Shown here piece after piece: positions 49,353 to 57,823 of a stretch of DNA of 64,000 nucleotides (position 1 is the first letter of the stretch; each line of letters starts with the position of its first letter). Source of the stretch: a virus (taxonomy: Duplodnaviria > Caudoviricetes); IMG/VR virus record IMGVR_UViG_2894097338_000001, positions 58,342 to 122,341 of that record, one strand, 5' to 3'. The translations under genes and the position numbers were made by a program. The notes beneath the pieces are model-generated. The model was not told the origin of the DNA. It worked only from the letters and a program-made list of their open reading frames with translations, and made no database searches.

Positions 49353-50261
49353 ATGGCTGTAAAATTAGCAGCAGTGAATAACAAGGGTGGATCTACAAAA
49401 ACTACTACAATAGTCAATTTGGCAGGCGCTCTAACTTATACAAAACCAAATGCTAAGATACTATTAGTTGAGGGTGACGCTCAAGGTAATGCATCAACGA
49501 GTTTTAGAATCGAATCAAAAAAACTGAATAAAAGCATATATGACGTATTTATGGGGAATGCTAAAGCTGAGGACTGTGTTGTAAATGCATTTCAAAACAT
49601 TGATATTATACCAGCGAACAACGACATGAACTTTCTTGAATTTGATGAAATGACTAGATTCGAACAAGTCATGACAGAAAATATGTATAAACTATCTAAA
49701 CAGATGGAATCAGAAAATGTAGACATTTCTAGTATGGACTTTGAAACCTTTAAAGCACTAACAAAAGAGTTCGGATCACCTACTCAGAATTACTTTAATA
49801 TGCTTAGTGGAAAGCTAGACGAGTTAGATAAGAAATACGACTATATATTTTTCGACACTCCACCAGAGCTTAAAGCCGTTACGAGTTCTATACTTGCTAT
49901 TTGTGACTATGTACTTATACCATTCGAACCAGAGCTGTATGCAATGGATGGTCTTGAAAATATATTATCGAGAATAAATGCAATTAAAAAGGAGTACAAT
50001 CCTAAGCTTGAGGTCGCTGGATTATTAGCAACCAAGGTTAAAGGAAATACAAAACTTCACGCAGAGGTTACAAAAGGTGTAATGATGTTCTGTATGAGAA
50101 ATAAAATAAATTACTATCAAACGGAAATTTCCAACTCTATACGATTTGCTGACTCTAATGCTTTTCATGGAGTTCCTGCAACTATAGCAAAACCAAAAAA
50201 TGATTTTAGTTTAATGTACTATTCTCTGCTAGATGAAATGACTAATCAAGGAATTTTATAG
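49353..50261 (+). CDS. parA: ParA/Soj partition ATPase
   Basis: NNKGGSTKTT, DAQGNAS, YDYIFFDTPP, ISNSIRFADS. Confidence 0.92.
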   Translation: MAVKLAAVNNKGGSTKTTTIVNLAGALTYTKPNAKILLVEGDAQGNASTSFRIESKKLNKSIYDVFMGNAKAEDCVVNAFQNIDIIPANNDMNFLEFDEMTRFEQVMTENMYKLSKQMESENVDISSMDFETFKALTKEFGSPTQNYFNMLSGKLDELDKKYDYIFFDTPPELKAVTSSILAICDYVLIPFEPELYAMDGLENILSRINAIKKEYNPKLEVAGLLATKVKGNTKLHAEVTKGVMMFCMRNKINYYQTEISNSIRFADSNAFHGVPATIAKPKNDFSLMYYSLLDEMTNQGIL

Positions 50262-50273
50262 GAGGTGTTCTAG

Positions 50274-50804
50274 ATGGCAAGAGGAGATACTTTTAAAAAG
50301 AGAGACAACAGTTTCTTAAACGACAAGATGAATTTTGATGTTGAACCAGAGGAGTTTATACCAGTTGAAAATGAATTAGAAGATGTGGATCGCTCTAACG
50401 AGGTTGTTTTTGAACTACAAAACAAGATTGAAGATCGAAGCAGTTCTCAAGAAGATCCAGTCACTGAGAGCGATGATACACCTATAAACTGGTCTGAGCT
50501 TCCTAAGAAGAGAGACGATAAAAAAGAGGGCAAGAATGATGAAACATCCTTAGATAAGAAGCCTTCCAAAAAGGCCAACGCCCTTTCTTTTATGAGCGAT
50601 ACAGAGGCTATGGTAGCCAAGACTTTTAAGATAAGAGAAGATGTTGTTGAGGCTTTCGACTCGCTCTTCGAAGACAGTCGAGGAAGAAAAATCAAAGGAG
50701 TAAGAGGCATGATGTCAAAAGTGGCAACAAATGCTCTTATAAAAGAGTTGGTGGAACTTGGTGCACTTGACGAGGACTATTTAGATAAATTAGAGAGTTA
50801 CTAA
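50274..50804 (+). CDS. type Ib-like partition partner (disordered N-terminus, C-terminal RHH-like)
   Basis: Directly after parA; AKTFKIREDVVEAFD...MSKVATNALIKEL. Confidence 0.6.
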   Translation: MARGDTFKKRDNSFLNDKMNFDVEPEEFIPVENELEDVDRSNEVVFELQNKIEDRSSSQEDPVTESDDTPINWSELPKKRDDKKEGKNDETSLDKKPSKKANALSFMSDTEAMVAKTFKIREDVVEAFDSLFEDSRGRKIKGVRGMMSKVATNALIKELVELGALDEDYLDKLESY

Positions 50805-50827
50805 TAGAGCTTATGCTCTATTTTTTT
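50803..50827 (+). terminator. intrinsic terminator
   Basis: AATAGAGC-TTAT-GCTCTATT plus T run. Confidence 0.75.
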
Positions 50828-50829
50828 GC

Positions 50830-51180
50830 CTATATTACTATTAAGATAAGTATAGATTACATAATGTTTATTATTATAATACTATTACGTTACTATTAAT
50901 ATTACTAATATAATAAAATCATAATACATTAGTTTTATATTATAATACTATTACTAATATATTGATAATAGTAATAATTACATAATACAATTTATTACTT
51001 TACTTAATATAACAAAATACATTAAGTAATGTTTTTTATTAGTTTACTTATTATAATAATAAACCTTATCTAATATAATAAAATACATTAGATAAGGTTT
51101 ATTTAATATAATACATTATGTTACGGAATATATTATATTAGTAATGTTAATATAATAGTAATATAATATATTACTTTCTT
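50830..51180. repeat. AT-rich centromere-like repeat region
   Basis: Many TATTAC/GTAATA and AATACATTA units; 17-bp inverted repeat 51058-74/51087-103; similar units at 49090-49300. Confidence 0.55.
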
Positions 51181-51261
51181 TACGAATGTTGGTATATATA
51201 GCTTTGTAGAGTGATGATATATAAAACAGTATGATGCATCATCACTACTATAGCTAAAATA

Positions 51262-53214
51262 TTATAAAAAGGAAATACTTAAATTAGATTTTGAATCTCC
51301 ACGAGTCACATTCTTTTGAAGATCCTTTATTTCGTCTCCAGCAATATCGACTAGGAATGGAGAAGGATCGTATTTAGATCCGCCATCAGATATAAAGTTA
51401 GGCATACTTACTGTTAATTTATCCACAGCTCTACTTGCGACAACATAAGACAATCGACGCTCTTCTTCAATATCTGGATTCATCTTATGAGGGTAATTCT
51501 CACTTGTGAATGCAGGGAAGAAAACATGCTTAAATTCTAAACCTTTAGAAGCGTGTGCTGTCATCAACCTAACTGCATGCTCGTTTGTTTTGCTATTATT
51601 TTGCTTTACAGCCATTATATGAGCAAGGAATGCATTAACACTACGGAACTTCTTGGCGATCTCAAACAGGCTATTTATTGCCTCTAATCGCATTTCAAGA
51701 TCGACGGCAGTGGTAGATGTATTCTCTACATGTTTTTTATAATTTGTTCGCTTATAAACTTCGATTAAAAATGAGTCTGCTCTAACATCGTCAACAATAT
51801 CTCTTAGGTCATCGAAAAGATCTACATAACTACTCAGTACAGATCCACTCTTCCCAATATCAGCTCTAATTGCAGCCTCTTCTAAATTTACCTCGTGTTT
51901 ATATGCATACTCGTCTATAGATTTTTGTACTTGATTACTTATAAATCTACTAGGTGAATTGTAAACTTTTCTGAACGAACTGTCATCATTTGGATCAAGT
52001 GTGTGTTCAGCATATGCTAACAAATCTGATATTTCTCTTCTATCAAAAAATGATCGATCTGACGAAACATCGACAGGTATCTCCTGGCTAGAAAATACAC
52101 TTTCATATATACCTAATTGAGCATTAGTTCTTAGCAGAATAGCAAAATCTTCATAAACATTCTCACCAGACTCGACTAAATCTATAATCTGATTGGCTAT
52201 ATCTTTAACTTCATAGGCTTCATCACGATACACATTAAACTCTATGTTAGATCCTTCTTCTTTTCTACCAGCTACTTGTGGCTCAAAGTTCTTATACTTT
52301 TCGATCGGACTCATGTCAATTATCTTATTCGATATTCCAACAATATTTTTAGTAGATCTAAAATTATGCTTTAATTCAATATTGTTTACATTTTCGAATG
52401 TGTCTTCAAAGTCTAATATATTAGAAATAGAAGCGTTTATGAATCCGTATATTCCCTGTCTAAAGTCACCTACGGCAAATATATTTTCGTTACTGATATG
52501 AGATAGAATACCCATGCTAACTTTATTTGTATCTTGAAACTCATCAACCATTATGTAACTATATTGATTTGCTATGTAGGTAGCTAACTTTGGATCTTCT
52601 TCTAGTTTATGATATAAATCCAAAAGCATATCATCGAACTCGATTAATCTTGCTTTCTCTTGCATATCACAATACTTTGCATATATGACACCAAGATCTT
52701 CTACGCTAACAGATGCTACATTTTCTGTTCTCATATCAATTAAAAGTTCGCCTCCAGGATCTACCATATTCATTTTCTGATATGAAATAAAAGATGCTAA
52801 ATCGCCAGCCTTACACATAAGAGACATCCCCTCTGGATTAAAATTAGAAGGCTTAGCACAAAAATCGTTTAGCGTCTTCATTTTCCACCACATAGGCATT
52901 AATTGAAGCTGTCTATATTTAAGTGGATACTTTCTCTTCAAAATACTATAAGCGAAAGAGTGGAAGGTGAGTAGGTCAACTTTATCGGCTTGTTTCTTGC
53001 CAATTAGTTTAGATAGCTTCTTCTTCATATTCGTCGCAGCTTCCTTTGTAAACGTCAACCCAAGTATTTCCTCTGGTATAGCTTCTCCTTCTTTAATCAT
53101 TCTTGCAATTCTAGTAGTAAAGACCGTTGTTTTGCCAGAACCGCTTCCAGCATTAATCAGCCAATTCCCTTCTCCAGCCATTACAGCTTTCTTTTGATTT
53201 TCTGTTAATCCCAT
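51262..53214 (-). CDS. UvrD/PcrA SF1 helicase
   Basis: AGSGSGKT, LTFTKEAA, VDEFQDT, VGDFRQGIYGF, NFRS, TAHASKGLEF, EEERRLSYV; start MGLTENQ. Confidence 0.93.
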   Translation of the reverse strand: MGLTENQKKAVMAGEGNWLINAGSGSGKTTVFTTRIARMIKEGEAIPEEILGLTFTKEAATNMKKKLSKLIGKKQADKVDLLTFHSFAYSILKRKYPLKYRQLQLMPMWWKMKTLNDFCAKPSNFNPEGMSLMCKAGDLASFISYQKMNMVDPGGELLIDMRTENVASVSVEDLGVIYAKYCDMQEKARLIEFDDMLLDLYHKLEEDPKLATYIANQYSYIMVDEFQDTNKVSMGILSHISNENIFAVGDFRQGIYGFINASISNILDFEDTFENVNNIELKHNFRSTKNIVGISNKIIDMSPIEKYKNFEPQVAGRKEEGSNIEFNVYRDEAYEVKDIANQIIDLVESGENVYEDFAILLRTNAQLGIYESVFSSQEIPVDVSSDRSFFDRREISDLLAYAEHTLDPNDDSSFRKVYNSPSRFISNQVQKSIDEYAYKHEVNLEEAAIRADIGKSGSVLSSYVDLFDDLRDIVDDVRADSFLIEVYKRTNYKKHVENTSTTAVDLEMRLEAINSLFEIAKKFRSVNAFLAHIMAVKQNNSKTNEHAVRLMTAHASKGLEFKHVFFPAFTSENYPHKMNPDIEEERRLSYVVASRAVDKLTVSMPNFISDGGSKYDPSPFLVDIAGDEIKDLQKNVTRGDSKSNLSISFL

Positions 53215-53381
53215 TATAAATTCCTCCTGTTTATTTACCTGTGAGACAATCGTATCATCGCAAAAGCATGTTGTCAATACTTATGGCTAAAAGAAATAAA
53301 TAATAATAATCATCTATCACAATTTTGATCTAAGGAAGGATAGTGTCAGTTTTTCATTTAACCTATAGTTATTACAGAGAC

Positions 53382-53451
53382 CTGGACAATTAACGTCGTT
53401 TTTCGACGGTTATTTCCAAAGTCTGGACAATTAACGTCGTTTTTCAACGGT
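53382..53451. repeat. two 29-bp direct repeats (iteron-like)
   Basis: CTGGACAATTAACGTCGTTTTTC(G/A)ACGGT at 53382-410 and 53423-451. Confidence 0.85.
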
Positions 53452-53607
53452 AAATGTCCCCGTATATTATTAAGAGTAACCATTATTAAGTTAAAGAGTA
53501 TGTGGGCGGACTCCCAGCAATTTTAGTTTTTGCGATTAGTTGTCAATAGTTATGGTTGACTTTCGACATAATTTGAAATAGAATAATTTTAGAGGCGAGG
53601 TGTTTAC

Positions 53608-54375
53608 GTGAATAAGGAGGATAAAAAGAATAAACTTGACGGTATTCAAAAATATGAAGAGGATATCAATGAACTGGATTTTATAGATACTCAATACTTT
53701 CCAATCCCAAGACATTCAATTAAGCGGAATATAAATAGCAAAGATCTTTCGATATTAATGGCTATATGCTTCCATACAAATATATTTAATGGGAAAGAGT
53801 CTTTTGTGTTTGAGGAAAGTATAGAGAGGATAATTGTATCTCTTGGAAAAGATAAGAGGTACAAATCAGATTATGTTTCCAGTTTAGAAAATCTTGTTGC
53901 AGAAGATATCATATCCATAGAAGGAGATATAAATGGTGTCTTCGACGTCAAGGTACTAATGCCAAACGGATATGCTACAGTTACGTACGGTGAATTTAAA
54001 AAGCTTGCGAAGTTCAGCGGAAGAGGTTCCTGGAATGTCCATGCGGTATTTTTTGTAATGAACTGTTCTTTGTATATATCAGATAATAAGCTTTCAAGTC
54101 ATGTATTCTTTAGGAGACAGGAGTACATAGCTGGGATATTAGCAATATCTCACAAAACTTGCAGCAGGGCATTTTCAGACCTTGAAAGTGCAAAAATAAT
54201 AGCAGTTTACCATGTGAGGCTGATGGATTCAGTTAAGCAGAAGGCTGTAGCTTCAAGATATATACATAGAGATAGTCTTAGAAAATGGTTAGCCAAAGAG
54301 ATTCAAAAGCCGTATGCATCAGTATACGAGATTATAAACGAAACAGGGGAGAGAGAAGTTAATGATCAATATTGA
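53608..54375 (+). CDS. tandem wHTH protein, possible second replication initiator
   Basis: RRQEYIAGILAISHKTCSRAFSDLESAKII; promoter TTGACT-17-TAGAAT at 53556-84; iteron-like repeats upstream. Confidence 0.55.
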   Translation: MNKEDKKNKLDGIQKYEEDINELDFIDTQYFPIPRHSIKRNINSKDLSILMAICFHTNIFNGKESFVFEESIERIIVSLGKDKRYKSDYVSSLENLVAEDIISIEGDINGVFDVKVLMPNGYATVTYGEFKKLAKFSGRGSWNVHAVFFVMNCSLYISDNKLSSHVFFRRQEYIAGILAISHKTCSRAFSDLESAKIIAVYHVRLMDSVKQKAVASRYIHRDSLRKWLAKEIQKPYASVYEIINETGEREVNDQY

Positions 54376-55021
54376 TAAGAAAAATTGGTTTAAAGATGTT
54401 GGTACAAGTTTAGAGGAGAGAAACAAACATGTAGAGAAGGTTATTAATGAGCTGCCTTGTCACACGGAGGTCGCTTCTATGGCATTGGTAGCAGAGAGAA
54501 GTTTTGAGAAAGATCCATACTTTGCATCGCTTGATCAATTAGGAACTTTTATTCTAAAGAGTGGCGATGTTGATTCATGTAGATCAATCGAAGATTCATT
54601 TTATGAAACAGAGAGAGATTACAGAAGTAGATACGAGATTGGTAAGAATAGCTATTCAACCGACTTTACATTACCAGAAAATGATGTAAAAGCCGATTCT
54701 AGTAAACAAGAAGGCATAAGTATTGAGGACTATTACAGAATGTTTAATATCTCTGCTATGAGCGAAAATGAGGTTAAACGAGTTATTAAATATGCGCTAC
54801 CAAAGAGAAGCGATGATATTTCCATAAGCGGCAAGCTTAATGAGCTATATGAATTAATCAACGAGATAGTAGATGGGATGTCAGATGTTATTAATAAGAC
54901 AATATTTGATTTATTAGTTAGCGGATCAACTGAATCAGAAATTAGCAAAGTTGTTAATATGTCACAGGCTGCAGTCAATAAGCGCATTTCAAAAATGTGT
55001 AAAATCATCATCAATTATTAA
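54362..55021 (+). CDS. sigma-region-4/LuxR-like HTH regulator (putative late activator)
   Basis: GSTESEISKVVNMSQAAVNKRISKM; immediately before the late module. Confidence 0.65.
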   Translation: MINIDKKNWFKDVGTSLEERNKHVEKVINELPCHTEVASMALVAERSFEKDPYFASLDQLGTFILKSGDVDSCRSIEDSFYETERDYRSRYEIGKNSYSTDFTLPENDVKADSSKQEGISIEDYYRMFNISAMSENEVKRVIKYALPKRSDDISISGKLNELYELINEIVDGMSDVINKTIFDLLVSGSTESEISKVVNMSQAAVNKRISKMCKIIINY

Positions 55022-55178
55022 AGTTTGATTAAAAAGAGGCGAAAATGGCGTTTTTTGGTTATAAAATCAAAACCCGCCGAGTATATATAGTGAAGGGGTA
55101 AATAATTAATCTTTAAAACCAAAAAAGCATAAGTATTTACAACTTACAAAAAAAGAGAAGTTTCCCTATTTTACTTCA

Positions 55179-55320
55179 AGTCCGAGAATGTCCAACTCGG
55201 ACTGCCCTTATCGCAGCGGATAGTAATCCATAACATACAGGTGCGAACCCTGGAGGCTAACAAATTAAATGTCAATACCTCTATTCCTATCACGGGGGAC
55301 GAGATCCCAGATAGAGGTTT
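55179..55320 (+). ncRNA. structured late-leader RNA with T-arm-like element
   Basis: AGTCCGAG/CTCGGACT, CAGG-TGCGAAC-CCTG, ACCTCTAT/ATAGAGGT helices. Confidence 0.35.
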
Positions 55321-55358
55321 TTATCGAAGGTCGTTAGGCCTAACAAAAAAAAGAGAGA

Positions 55359-55658
55359 GTGAGAAATATGGGATTAAAAAAATTAAAGCACGAGGATTTA
55401 GTAGCTAAGCATGTTGAATTACACGGCGGTACAAAAAAAGAAGCAGAAGAGGCGATCGTAAATACGTTCTCTACAGTTGAATCTTTAATGGCAGCAGGAG
55501 TATCAGAAGGCGTACGAGTTCCAATCAAAAACTTTGGTATCTTTACAGCGAAAATGTCTAAAGAACGTACTCAAAATAACCACTTAGCTGGCGGAGTAAT
55601 TACTATTCCATCTATGCCAACGATTTCGTTTAAGAAATCTAAATCATTAAAAGTTTAA
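55359..55658 (+). CDS. HU-family DNA-binding protein
   Basis: TKKEAEEAIV...VPIKNFGIF...ERTQNN...IPSMPTISFK. Confidence 0.88.
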   Translation: MRNMGLKKLKHEDLVAKHVELHGGTKKEAEEAIVNTFSTVESLMAAGVSEGVRVPIKNFGIFTAKMSKERTQNNHLAGGVITIPSMPTISFKKSKSLKV

Positions 55659-55731
55659 ATTAAAATTGAGCGGTTGGGGTTCGCCCCTTCCGATTTATCG
55701 GATCTAGTGGAGGAGGTCAGCCTCCCCACAT

Positions 55732-55830
55732 TTTTCTTTATTCAAACAGCGTGCCAGGTAAACCCCCTGTTCATACCTCCTAAGTAATGAAAAAAATCAT
55801 TAACCTGGTGCGTTGTTTAAATAAAGAAAA
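55732..55830 (+). ncRNA. 28-bp RNA hairpin with anti-SD loop
   Basis: Arms 55732-59/55803-30; three G.U pairs valid only on + strand; loop has AACCCCC and ACCTCCT. Confidence 0.5.
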
Positions 55831-55860
55831 GAAAGATAAGAAGTAAAAGGGGTGTATTAA

Positions 55861-56550
55861 TTGTCATTTGTAAGATTAGACAAAGTGAAAGCAACGGCGC
55901 ATTACGAAAGTGTGAAAGTTGTTGGAGATTCACTGAAAGACGGACAGTTTGTAAATTTATCAACATCTATTGGAGACGAAGAAGAGGCAGTATTAGTAGA
56001 AAAGGCTGCAAAAGGTGAAACAGCACAAGCCATTCTGTGTACGGCACATCTTGACTACAACTCTTCATTTTACGATTTTAAAAATACTGCAACGGACGAA
56101 AATACTTTGGGACGTGCGCTTGTATTTGAAAATGGAGACACTATTTCTGTAAATGATGAGATTTCAAACGGTATCTCAGTAGGAGATAAGGTATCAATTG
56201 GATTAGACGGACTTGGTTTTAAAAAAATGGAATCTGGAGAGTCTGAAATTGGTATGTGTATTAGAAAAGACTTCATGACAAATGTCGGAGAGTTAACAGT
56301 TATTAGATTAATGTCAGCTTCTGGTGGAGAAGGACAACCAGGACAACCAGGAAAAGATGGAAAAGACGGTTCGCCAGGTAAAGATGGAGCTGATGGACTT
56401 CCAGGAAAAGATGGAAAACAAGGAGCTCCAGGAAAAGATGCTTCTTCTATATCATCAATCGAATTTACCGCTGGAGAAGATGGTCAAATAAGCGGTGGAT
56501 CTGCTTTATTATCAGATGGCACATCCATTCCTATTACAATTAAAAAATAA
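55861..56550 (+). CDS. head-decoration paralog with collagen-like (GXY) tail
   Basis: N-terminus FVRLDKVKATAH resembles 62542 gene FIHLDKIKSSAH; GQPGQPGKDGKDG... repeats. Confidence 0.75.
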   Translation: MSFVRLDKVKATAHYESVKVVGDSLKDGQFVNLSTSIGDEEEAVLVEKAAKGETAQAILCTAHLDYNSSFYDFKNTATDENTLGRALVFENGDTISVNDEISNGISVGDKVSIGLDGLGFKKMESGESEIGMCIRKDFMTNVGELTVIRLMSASGGEGQPGQPGKDGKDGSPGKDGADGLPGKDGKQGAPGKDASSISSIEFTAGEDGQISGGSALLSDGTSIPITIKK

Positions 56551-56588
56551 AATAAACAGATAAAACATAAAATGAGGGAGAGAGAATA

Positions 56589-56822
56589 ATGAAAAAAACA
56601 CAAAAAGCAATTTTAAAAGCACAAGAGGCGGTAAGGGCTGAAAAATCAGCAATGTTAGAAACGGTGAAGAATGTAGATGGATCTATTGCAGCACACGATA
56701 TTGCCTTAGAAGAAATTGAAAGTGAAATCAAAGGTTTAGAAGAGCTTAGAGCTGAGTCACTTAAAGCAAAACGCGAAGCAATCGAGTACAGAAATAAACT
56801 TGCCGAGATCATCGGAGAGTAA
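56589..56822 (+). CDS. coiled-coil hypothetical protein
   Basis: ORF with RBS. Confidence 0.65.
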   Translation: MKKTQKAILKAQEAVRAEKSAMLETVKNVDGSIAAHDIALEEIESEIKGLEELRAESLKAKREAIEYRNKLAEIIGE

Positions 56823-56826
56823 TTGA

Positions 56827-57042
56827 TTGGAGGTGGTTGTTTTGATTAACAGAAAGACAGAATTAATCAATCAGCTTGAATCAGAGAACGCCTTCATCAC
56901 AACTCGAATAGACGAGTTAATAAAGAGTAAGAAAGAATTTAACGTAAAAGATATGGCAGACATTCACAGATATTCAGAGACTAGACTTTTCAACTTAAAG
57001 TCACTGTCGATTTTGAACGGAAGTGATAGTAATGGCTGTTAA
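56827..57042 (+). CDS. hypothetical protein
   Basis: ORF in late operon. Confidence 0.55.
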   Translation: MEVVVLINRKTELINQLESENAFITTRIDELIKSKKEFNVKDMADIHRYSETRLFNLKSLSILNGSDSNGC

Positions 57043-57823
57043 AAAATCAATCTGCTTACTATGCGGATCTGAAAAATCATCACATCAGCTAGCAAGACAT
57101 AGAAATGAATCAATGTCGGGAGACGTTGGATTTTGTAAAGCTTGTCTTAAAGAGCAAATTGATGGAACAGACTTGGAAAAAGCTAAAGATATGATGCGAC
57201 TTATGAATATACCTTTTGTATCAAGTGTTTGGGAAAATGCTGTAGATGCTGGAGGTAAGAGTATCTTCTCGAAGTATCTACAATTGATAGCGACGAAGAA
57301 AAATTATAAGGATTTCGCTGACAGTGACTCTGGTAGGGATACTAAAGTCACTGGCTTAGATGAAGCTGATGCCAACGAAAGAATTGTAAGATGGGGATTG
57401 TTAGAGAATGAAGCCGAGTATATAGCTCTCGAAGCCTCCTATAATAATCTCGTTGCAATTAAACCACCATCAACTGTGCTGGATGAGAAAAGATACGCTC
57501 AAAACGTAATGATAGAGGTTCAATTAAATAAAGCACTAAAAAGTGGAAGTGACCATAAAGAGGTTACAGCACTTAAGAAACTATATGAAGATAATCTAAA
57601 AGCTTTAGGATTAGATATCGACGCCGCATCGAAGGATGAAGAGCAGAAACTTGGAGTTAGAATTAGGAATTGGGAAACACACTCTCCAATACCTACAGAC
57701 GAAAGTCTATCTGACGTAGACAATGTTGAAAAATACATTACAAAATGGTTTGTAAATCAAATGAAGAGAGTGTTTGGTCGAGCTACGGAAGAAGAGATCA
57801 ACGAGCTTTACGAAGATGAGTAA
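57023..57823 (+). CDS. putative terminase small subunit (Zn-finger)
   Basis: CLLC...CKAC; directly upstream of and overlapping terL. Confidence 0.55.
   Translation: MIVMAVKKSICLLCGSEKSSHQLARHRNESMSGDVGFCKACLKEQIDGTDLEKAKDMMRLMNIPFVSSVWENAVDAGGKSIFSKYLQLIATKKNYKDFADSDSGRDTKVTGLDEADANERIVRWGLLENEAEYIALEASYNNLVAIKPPSTVLDEKRYAQNVMIEVQLNKALKSGSDHKEVTALKKLYEDNLKALGLDIDAASKDEEQKLGVRIRNWETHSPIPTDESLSDVDNVEKYITKWFVNQMKRVFGRATEEEINELYEDE

Larger units (their letters stand above)
3677..55143. promoter_or_regulatory. dispersed 19-bp operator-like repeat, consensus AACCATAAGTATT(G/T)ACAAC
   Basis: Copies at 3677, 4394, 9060, 10327, 16813, 19522, ~23995, 25714, 33940, 34005, 37579, 41175, 43642, 43739, 53270, 53539, 55125. 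Confidence 0.8.

Noticed and set aside
55204-55260. tRNA gene
   Set aside because: Only a T-arm-like element; no complete cloverleaf, anticodon arm or CCA.
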